A stretch of 64,000 bases of DNA, taken from NCBI GenBank assembly GCA_903819565.1, contig CAIJDY010000030.1, positions 7,128-71,127 of the forward strand. Reading direction: 5' to 3'. This stretch comes from Candidatus Omnitrophota bacterium. Lineage in GTDB: Bacteria; Omnitrophota; Omnitrophia; Omnitrophales; Aquincolibacteriaceae. Position numbers and translations under genes: made by a program. Below are positions 55,912 through 64,000 of this stretch, in pieces. The notes under the pieces were generated by a model. The model worked only from the letters and a program-made list of their open reading frames with translations, had not been told where the DNA came from and searched no databases. Position 1 is the first letter of the stretch. The number at the start of each line of letters is the position of its first letter.

Positions 55912-56484
55912 TTATTTAGAACGGGATTGGTCCCGTTTGTATTTTTTATATAACGTCGTGAAAACGATCCCGCTCACGATGACCGCGATGCTGATGCCCA
56001 AATTGACCCGGTCAGGGCATAACGCCGGGTATAAATTCCTAAAAAAGGCCACCAGCGTTAAAAACGTCAGTAGAAATCCCCAAACAATCGCCATGAACCG
56101 GCAGCTGCGGAATAGCAGGGGATCGTCCCACCGTTCTTTCGGGAGCTCGGCTCTCGCGTATTGCAATGTGAAAGGTTTTCTGATCAAGACCGTTCCCCAG
56201 ATCAGGCACGCGAGAAATCCGTTGGAGATGATCCCCATGCTCTTCGCGACCGCGACCGATTTCATCAGGTCCACGGTGACCGCGCAGGCGGCGAAGAAAA
56301 GAAGGGTCCCCCATTGCAGAAGGAAGCCTTTTCGCAGTTCCCGAAAGCCCAATATCAGGCTCGCCAAAAGCCCCAGGATGATCGATCTTTCAAGGCTGGC
56401 GAATGTCTGGCCAGAAAAAAAGAGGAACAGCAGCCACGGCATAAATCCCAGGAGGAAATTTACCAACTCTTTAAGTTCTTTCAT
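55912..56484 (-). CDS. Hypothetical membrane protein
   Basis: About six TM helices; KPFTLQYAR...P...W..P.F motif. Confidence 0.78.
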   Translation of the reverse strand: MKELKELVNFLLGFMPWLLFLFFSGQTFASLERSIILGLLASLILGFRELRKGFLLQWGTLLFFAACAVTVDLMKSVAVAKSMGIISNGFLACLIWGTVLIRKPFTLQYARAELPKERWDDPLLFRSCRFMAIVWGFLLTFLTLVAFFRNLYPALCPDRVNLGISIAVIVSGIVFTTLYKKYKRDQSRSK

Positions 56485-56653
56485 TACGAGTCCTTTTTGG
56501 AGACGATATCTTCAGGGATATCTGTTCGCGTGCGTTGATTCCGAGAAAGGAAAAAGCCGTTTTTCCTATCCACAGTGTTATCGGCAGCCGCGACGCCTTT
56601 TGTAGCCCTTGTAAGGCGCAACGTTTGTACCGAAAGCCGGGGTGATGAGAGGA

Positions 56654-57721
56654 TTATCGTTTGTCGTTACTCAATAGCCATTGCTCGACATATTTTGCAA
56701 TTTGGCGGTAGCCGTAACGGTTAGGGTGGCCGTCATTTTCATAGAACATGCTTTTATCCCAAGGGTATTCGTAGAGTGCGGGAATATAAGAGATCCCCAG
56801 AGACTCTATGTGCTTCTGAAAATCCACTTCATAGGCTTTCATTTCCGCCTCATTTTTCTGAGGAAGGTGGAAAAAATAAATTCTTGCTTTAGGGAAAAGC
56901 GCTCTTATGGTTTCTAAGGGGTAAAAGCCTATGGGGGGATTCGTCCTCTTCTTGTGCTGGAGCCATAGCCGCGCCTGATGAATCCAATAGAACAACACAG
57001 ATTCCTTCGGGAAGCGTTTGACGCCTCCAGTTGCTTCGCCCTGCAGAGAAGCTGACTCCGACTTTTTCACACGACGAATGATCTCTGCCTGCGACGTATC
57101 CGGCTCTATGATCGCGGCAACTGCGCGGCTACATAACGCGCCGGCATAGAAATACATTTTTCCGTCTCGGGTTAACGGCTTCCAGTAGCGGCGACAAAAG
57201 TCGTCAGTGATTGCGCAAATGACGATGTCCGTAAAGTGAAGTTTATGGGAAGCGCTCTCCAGCATCTTTTTGAAATGGAAAAATCCGCCTCCCGGAAGCG
57301 AAAAGTTGTAGAGCGCTATGTCTTTTCGGGTGGCAGCCAGTTTGTCGCGCAATTCTGAAATCCATTCATATCCCCCAGCTCCGGCAGCGAAAGAATCGCC
57401 AACGAAGGCGTAGCTTCTGACTGCGGTATCGTTATTTTTATAATCCAGATTGTCGGGGGATCCAAAATTATTCGTTTTGTAAAACATGTCATATTCGATT
57501 TTGTCGTTATATACGGCAACTTCTCTGACGGAATCATTTTTCGCAAGGGTTACAGCACCGTAAGAATCCACTTCAAATGTGGGATGACTCCATATCAGGA
57601 ATCTTGGGGGAGTTTGGTTGTCCGGGAATATTTGTAAAAAAAGATTCGCAGGGAAAAAAAACAAAAATAAGCAAAAAATAAGCAATGTGATGTTTAGAAT
57701 AGTTTTGCGGTCCAATCCCAT
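56654..57721 (-). CDS. SGNH/GDSL hydrolase-like protein with N-terminal membrane anchor
   Basis: FVGDSFAAG (block I), DGHPN (block V); AT-richer than neighbours. Confidence 0.8.
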   Translation of the reverse strand: MGLDRKTILNITLLIFCLFLFFFPANLFLQIFPDNQTPPRFLIWSHPTFEVDSYGAVTLAKNDSVREVAVYNDKIEYDMFYKTNNFGSPDNLDYKNNDTAVRSYAFVGDSFAAGAGGYEWISELRDKLAATRKDIALYNFSLPGGGFFHFKKMLESASHKLHFTDIVICAITDDFCRRYWKPLTRDGKMYFYAGALCSRAVAAIIEPDTSQAEIIRRVKKSESASLQGEATGGVKRFPKESVLFYWIHQARLWLQHKKRTNPPIGFYPLETIRALFPKARIYFFHLPQKNEAEMKAYEVDFQKHIESLGISYIPALYEYPWDKSMFYENDGHPNRYGYRQIAKYVEQWLLSNDKR

Positions 57722-58026
57722 ACTTCATCCTTCTAGGGCTTTTCCAGCGCCTGATGACGGAAGGCAGCGTTTCTCAGGCGCTCCAAGCGAACAAAAAGTT
57801 TGCCTCCGCTAGTTATCGGTAACAATGGAACCTGGATTGAATTATAAAAATGACGCTGCCGGCGGTTTTCCGCGCGGAAGGAGTCGGCCCTGTCTATGGG
57901 ACAGTCCATTGAGGCACTGACTTTCCCCGAAATGGTGCTATCGCCCGGGACCTCGGGAGAGGCGGAAATCCTTGAGCCCTATGCGGGGACTGCCGGTTGC
58001 CGCAGGTGAATCCGGATAACCTGTCG

Positions 58027-59082
58027 TCATGCTTTCAGCGATTCCATATTGATCGCGAAGCGGTACTTCACATCAGACTTGAGCAGTCTTTCATAGGCTT
58101 CGTTGACTTTTTGAATGGGAATGATCTCGACATCCGCGGTGATGTTATGGGCGCCGCAAAAGTCGAGCATTTCCTGGGTTTCGGCAATGCCCCCGATGAG
58201 AGAGCCGGAGAGACTGCGGCGTCCCATAATGAGACTGAAAGCCGAAAACTCAAGATGCTTCGCGGGTGCGCCGACCAGGGTGATGTTGCCGTCGGGGCGA
58301 AGCAGGTCGAGATAGGCGTTAATATCGTGATGGGCCGAAACAGCGTCGAGAATGAAGTCGAAGCTGTCATGATGCTTCCTCATTTCGGCGGCGTTACGGG
58401 AAACAACAACTTCTTGGGCGCCAAGCCGGAGGGCATCTTCCTTCTTGCCGGGGGAGGTCGTGAAAACCACGACGTGGGCTCCGAGGGCGTGAGCGAACTT
58501 CACGCCCATGTGACCTAAACCGCCAAGACCGACCACGCCGACCTTCTTTCCCTTGGTGACATTCCAATGCCGCATGGGGGAGTAGGTGGTGATCCCGGCG
58601 CAGAGAAGCGGCGCGGTTCCGGCAAGATCGAGATTCGATGGGACACGCAAAACAAAGCGTTCATCAACCACGATATTCTCGGAATAGCCGCCATAAGTGA
58701 CTCCTCCGAGATGTTTGTCGGGAGAGTTGAAAGTGAGCGTCATGTTCGAGCAGAACTGCTCGTGGCCAGCCTTGCAATGAGGGCAGCTACCATCCGAGTC
58801 AACAAGACAGCCTACCGCGGCAAGGTCTCCCGGTTTGAACTTCTTAACGGAGGGTCCCACTTTTGTGACGCGCCCGACGATCTCATGACCTGGAACGATC
58901 GGATAAGTGGTGGGCACGGTGCGGTTCCACTCGTCGCGGACCGAATGGACATCGGAGTGGCAAATTCCACAGAACAGGATCTCGATCTGGACATCGTAAT
59001 CCGTCAGATCACGGCGTTTAATTTGAGCAGCGGTCAGTGGCGATTTCGCGCTGGCAGCGGAGTAAGCTCTGGCGTTGGACAT
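58027..59082 (-). CDS. Zn-dependent NAD(P)H alcohol dehydrogenase/aldehyde reductase (YahK/AdhC-like)
   Basis: CGICHSD, GHEIVG, PLLCAGITTYSP, GLGGLGH. Confidence 0.95.
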   Translation of the reverse strand: MSNARAYSAASAKSPLTAAQIKRRDLTDYDVQIEILFCGICHSDVHSVRDEWNRTVPTTYPIVPGHEIVGRVTKVGPSVKKFKPGDLAAVGCLVDSDGSCPHCKAGHEQFCSNMTLTFNSPDKHLGGVTYGGYSENIVVDERFVLRVPSNLDLAGTAPLLCAGITTYSPMRHWNVTKGKKVGVVGLGGLGHMGVKFAHALGAHVVVFTTSPGKKEDALRLGAQEVVVSRNAAEMRKHHDSFDFILDAVSAHHDINAYLDLLRPDGNITLVGAPAKHLEFSAFSLIMGRRSLSGSLIGGIAETQEMLDFCGAHNITADVEIIPIQKVNEAYERLLKSDVKYRFAINMESLKA

Positions 59083-59113
59083 GGATCTATCCTCCTCTGT
59101 AAGGTTTTAAAGG

Positions 59114-60145
<1,032 letters not shown>

Positions 60146-60158
60146 TTATAAAAGACGT

Positions 60159-60188
60159 TGCAGGATTATACACCCGCGGCGTCTTTTC
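60159..60188. repeat. 30-bp direct repeat, copy 2; likely promoter of the AKR-ADH operon
   Basis: tgcaggattatacacccgcggcgtcttttc; TATAAT on the minus strand about 45 nt upstream of the AKR ATG. Confidence 0.8.
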
Positions 60189-60402
60189 GGAAAAAGCCCT
60201 TCCCCGTTTCTCGGCAAGCGGCCGCTGCAGGTCTTTGAGCCGATGATCTCCTGAAAGATTGAGTGCGGTTAACGTTCCCACTCAAGCGGTTACTCAGGTT
60301 CGGGCCAAGAAGAATATCCCTCCGACGGGAGACGCCCCATTTAGGCCGGCTAAACATTGGGTGTGGCTTGGTAAGCCAAGAAAAGGCTGCAAAATGCAGT
60401 CC

Positions 60403-60567
60403 ATGATTAAATGTGTCCGAGAGCTTGAAGAAGAGGGCCTCAAAAAGCGCATGCCCCAGGAAGAACATGCGCGAAGACTCGATATCGCTTTCTCAACCAT
60501 CAATCGCCGGATCAACGGCAAAACAAAACCCAGCGTTACCCGATCGAAAAATTTCAATACAAAATAA
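60403..60567 (+). pseudogene. Degenerate XRE-family helix-turn-helix gene
   Basis: MPQEEHARRLDIAFSTINRRINGKTKPS resembles an HTH_3 consensus with disruptive substitutions. Confidence 0.6.
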
Positions 60568-60611
60568 GATATCAAAAAGGTTAGACCATGCATGAGCCTT
60601 CGGGAGGGTGT

Positions 60612-61329
60612 ATGAACGACAAATCTTTTGTATTTAAATTTTTTATTGGGGGCAGGGAGATGGTTTTTGAGGATCTGTTTCGCGCCCTCCGCCAATACTG
60701 CGGCGGCCACGTATTGGATGTGGGAGAATGGGATTTTTACCTAACCGCAAAAAGAAAAAAACAAAGTCCGCTTCCTGGACAACTTAAGACTGCTCTGAAG
60801 CAAAAAAGCCGGCCATCAACGATGAAGAATTTGCCTTTGCGGCGGAAGACGGCTGTTATACGGAATTTAAAGACAATAGTTTTGATACCGTGCTTAATAT
60901 CCAGGTGCTTGAACATGTCGTAGAGCCTATAAAAATGCTCCAGGAGACCGGACGGGTACTTCGAGGGGGAGGCTATGGTGTGTTTTTAATTCCTAAAATA
61001 GCGTTCTGCATCTTGCGCCGTGTCACCGCTATAATTTTACAAGATATTGGATTGAAAAAGCCATGGAAACGGCGGGTCTCGAAATTATTGAGCTGAAACC
61101 GTTGGGCGGGCTTTGGTCTTCCTTTGCAGCACGGTTTTTTTATTTCTTTCTTCAGAGCGTCAGGTGTAAAGGGATGTCAACGAAAGAGGTTCGCCGGAGC
61201 CTTTTCTTTTACATTTTGTATCCCCTGATGGTCTTTTATTCGATTTTAAGCATAGCCATCTGTCTGTTCTTAAGCCTCGGCGACCTGCAAGAAGAGCCCA
61301 ACAGCCATTTGGTGGTTGTAAGAAAATAA
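60612..61329 (+). pseudogene. Class I SAM methyltransferase pseudogene (at least two frameshifts)
   Basis: VLDVG / FKDNSFDTVLNIQVLEHV.EP...RVLRGGG / LHLAP..YNFTRYW split across three frames. Confidence 0.8.
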
Positions 61330-61367
61330 GTCTTTGTTACTTAGAGTTGCGGAAAATTTAGGTCTTC

Positions 61368-61640
61368 ATGGGAAACCGTTATTCTTGCCAGCGTTTCGAC
61401 CGAAGAACAAATTCCCGAGGGGGGAAATCCATCCCGGCCCAGACTGAAGTAGGCGCAGTCCTACGTCTTGCGCAAAGGGTTTGCAATCAAGAGAGCGAAC
61501 AACCCGTTCGATGAATCCTTCATTCAAGACCAAAGATAGAGGAATCAAAGGCTTCTGAAGAGCCGATTGTCTTGATTGTCGAGACTATCGACCGCCTTCA
61601 ACGAAGTTTCAAGGGATCCGTCCTCTTTGAGGAAACAGAG
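61368..61640 (+). pseudogene. Serine recombinase catalytic-domain relic
   Basis: Frame-shifted pieces VILASVSTEEQ..EG / SIPAQ / YVLRKGFAIK...FDES / PIVLIVETIDRLQRSFK, with internal stops. Confidence 0.75.
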
Positions 61641-61804
61641 AGGCGGATGCAACTGGTTATTGGAATCAAGTGAGGCTGAAACAATGAAAGTGTTATTGAA
61701 AACTGCTCTTCCTGCACATCTTGCACTCCAGATAAAGTCCTATGAAGGTATCCAGGATCGGGATTGATTTCTAGGGCTTTATTAAAATCAATGATGGCTT
61801 GGCT

Positions 61805-62791
61805 TTACTCTTTTTCAAAAGGGTAGACGATCTTCCAATCGTCCTTCATGCTCACCACTGTCCAGCCTTTGACCAAGGCTTCGTCGAGACCTTTGTCGAG
61901 TCGGCCCACGACCGACTCGCGGTCATAAGCCCACTCCCGTTTGGCATCGGTATGGTGAACATAAAGACAAAAACGGGGGCCGCTGCCAGCGGAAGTCCAT
62001 TGCATCATTTGCAGGTCGCCGTCGGAATTGCCGAACGAGGCGATCGGACGACGGCCGATCCGGGACTGGATGCCGATGGGTTTCCCGTCACTGTTGTCAA
62101 TGAAGTCCAACTCCGGCACGTAGATCAGCACGGGCTTGCCGCCGCGAAATTCAAACTTCGTCTTGATGCTGCTTCCGACGACCTGTTCAGGCGGGATGCC
62201 ATAGACTTTTTCCGACCACGGACGCATGAAGTCGACACCGCCGCCTGAAACAATAAAGGTCTTGAATGCGTTCGCGCGCAAATAGGCAAGCAGTTCCAGC
62301 ATGGGCTGGTAGGCCATCTCCGTATAAAGTCGCCGGGTCCGGGGATGTCTCGCGGTCGTGATCCAATCCGTCACGACTTTTCCGAATTCATCGGGGGTCA
62401 TTCCCGACTGCGTGGCCATAAACATCCCCAGGACTGTCTTATCGCCGCCGGACAGAGCGTCCTTCAGATCGTCTTTCAGGACGGAGGCAAAAGGCTCCTC
62501 GCTTTTCCACTCCGGATGCTGCGGCGCGAGGGCTCGGATGCGGTCAAAGATAAAGGTATACTGGAAATAGATCGGCTGCTCCGCCCAAAGCGTGCCGTCG
62601 TTGTCAAAAGTGGCGATACGTTCGGACTGCGGCACAAAATCCGGCGAGCCTTCCTTGGTCACTTCTTCGACAAAAGCGATGATGGCCTTCTTCGGGGCAG
62701 TGTCGTTCCAGGAGGGCAAAGCATCGGCAGCGAGGGCTGTGTTTGCCGCTAAAAGGAAAACAAAAATACACCTCAAAGCCAACTTTTTCAT
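61805..62791 (-). CDS. Secreted HAD-superfamily hydrolase (acid phosphatase-like)
   Basis: Signal peptide, FDNDGTLWAEQP, IVSGGG, GNSDGD. Confidence 0.92.
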   Translation of the reverse strand: MKKLALRCIFVFLLAANTALAADALPSWNDTAPKKAIIAFVEEVTKEGSPDFVPQSERIATFDNDGTLWAEQPIYFQYTFIFDRIRALAPQHPEWKSEEPFASVLKDDLKDALSGGDKTVLGMFMATQSGMTPDEFGKVVTDWITTARHPRTRRLYTEMAYQPMLELLAYLRANAFKTFIVSGGGVDFMRPWSEKVYGIPPEQVVGSSIKTKFEFRGGKPVLIYVPELDFIDNSDGKPIGIQSRIGRRPIASFGNSDGDLQMMQWTSAGSGPRFCLYVHHTDAKREWAYDRESVVGRLDKGLDEALVKGWTVVSMKDDWKIVYPFEKE

Positions 62792-62825
62792 AACGAGATT
62801 CCTCTTTTGCAGAGCGCCTGTGATT

Positions 62826-64000
62826 TTATTTCCCGTAGTTTTGCATCCGCGTCCGCATTTGGGGACTCAATGGTTTGACAAGTTCCGCATTGTACGAACC
62901 CGTTGGCATGGGCTTTATCGTGGGATCCTTCGTCGGATTATAATCAAAGATATCAGCGCCAATGATCTGCCCTGCCGCAATGGCGCAGGAACGCGATATC
63001 GCGGCAAGCGATCCTTCTTTAACCGCAGGATCAACATCGGTCGTCATGATGGAGAGGGTATTGTCGTTATTGAGATAGATCTCAAAAGTGCGAAACTCCT
63101 GAGGAAAATCCCTCAAGGAGGATGTTTCAACCTCCCAGAATCCTTTTTCGGGGGCGTTGACCGGATCGGGCGATATAAACGCTTTAACAATATTTAAATG
63201 GCGATGTCCCGAGATCCATAGGATTAAATTCGGATGGCTTTGCAGTTCAGCGATCAGATCCGGCAGCGTGACGGCATTTTTAGGGTCCGTCCACCAACCC
63301 ATCTCGGACCTGGGCCCGGTCTCTTCGACGTTGATCGGGACGTGCGCCGCGATGATCATGAGCTGGCCGGCCGCATCGCCATCCGCAAGTTCTTTTTTGA
63401 GCCAGTCCCAGCGTGCCGGGTCAAGAAAACCATGCCCATGGATGTCGGCGGAGCCGTCATCTTCCCTTTGGGTATCATCAAGAACAATAACCTTGATCGG
63501 GACTGCCGCCTTTGGGACAAAGCTATAACAGGCAAAACCCTTGGCGGCATCGGCCAGGTTAAAACCGTGGCCAACCGGATCTGAAGACGTTGTAAAAAAT
63601 TCTTTCATCCACTCCGTTCTCAAAAGTGAACGGCGGTCCGGATCGGCCGCGACTTTCGGAGGACTCTTGAAATCTGCGACAGGTCCCGCGTACCGGATAT
63701 CACCGTGAGGGGTCGAACCGTCGAGAACCCCCATATAGTAATCAGGGCTGTTTATTTTTCGGGGGTCCGCAAGAACATCTCCGGCGGCCAAAACCGTATC
63801 GCTGATGTAGGATCGACGGAGGAATTCATCCACAGGGAGCGAACCCATCCAAAAATGATCATGATTGCCAAGGACCTGATACCAAGGGATCGTCTTGTCA
63901 AGCCCTGCCGCCTTGTAGGGTTTCTGATAATCGGTGGTTTCGGCTCCGCGATGAGCCCCGGAACTTGGGGTAATAGTCTTGCCGTCAAGAACATCGATAT
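62826..64000 (-). CDS. Calcineurin-like metallophosphoesterase (TIGR03768-like); 5' end outside the window
   Basis: Frame open to the window edge; WYQVLGNHDHFW, IAAHVP, ISGHRH. Confidence 0.85.
   Translation of the reverse strand, partial: IDVLDGKTITPSSGAHRGAETTDYQKPYKAAGLDKTIPWYQVLGNHDHFWMGSLPVDEFLRRSYISDTVLAAGDVLADPRKINSPDYYMGVLDGSTPHGDIRYAGPVADFKSPPKVAADPDRRSLLRTEWMKEFFTTSSDPVGHGFNLADAAKGFACYSFVPKAAVPIKVIVLDDTQREDDGSADIHGHGFLDPARWDWLKKELADGDAAGQLMIIAAHVPINVEETGPRSEMGWWTDPKNAVTLPDLIAELQSHPNLILWISGHRHLNIVKAFISPDPVNAPEKGFWEVETSSLRDFPQEFRTFEIYLNNDNTLSIMTTDVDPAVKEGSLAAISRSCAIAAGQIIGADIFDYNPTKDPTIKPMPTGSYNAELVKPLSPQMRTRMQNYGK

Overview
Gene-dense 64-kb bacterial chromosomal window of moderate-to-high GC. 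The gene content suggests an anaerobic or microaerobic Gram-negative organism, possibly PVC/Omnitrophota-like; taxonomy is inference only. Main blocks: (1) a DAACS symporter, then a sulP-arsR-ptsN(HTH-EIIA)-hyfBCEFGI operon encoding an Ehr-type complex whose large subunit lacks the Ni-binding CxxC motifs and whose small subunit appears to have lost its ferredoxin cysteines; (2) housekeeping and stress genes: hemW, a signal-peptide-bearing rubrerythrin, gpmA, a DEAD-box helicase, a K+-channel-like/ECF-S-component fusion, an MFS transporter, and an rluE-like gene carrying an in-frame ~192-nt four-hairpin insert; (3) a lipid-linked-sugar glycosylation locus with two paralogous GT-C-like membrane proteins; (4) a 1455-aa multi-PAS histidine kinase followed by a decaying tandem array of receiver genes; (5) tolC-macA-macB and marR-tolC-emrA-emrB efflux operons; (6) an ~8-kb block bounded by a 30-bp direct repeat containing a promoter motif, followed by relics of an XRE regulator, a methyltransferase and a serine recombinase. 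No rRNA, intact tRNA, CRISPR array or intact transposase was seen. Family assignments come from motif recognition and recalled family consensus, not from database searches.
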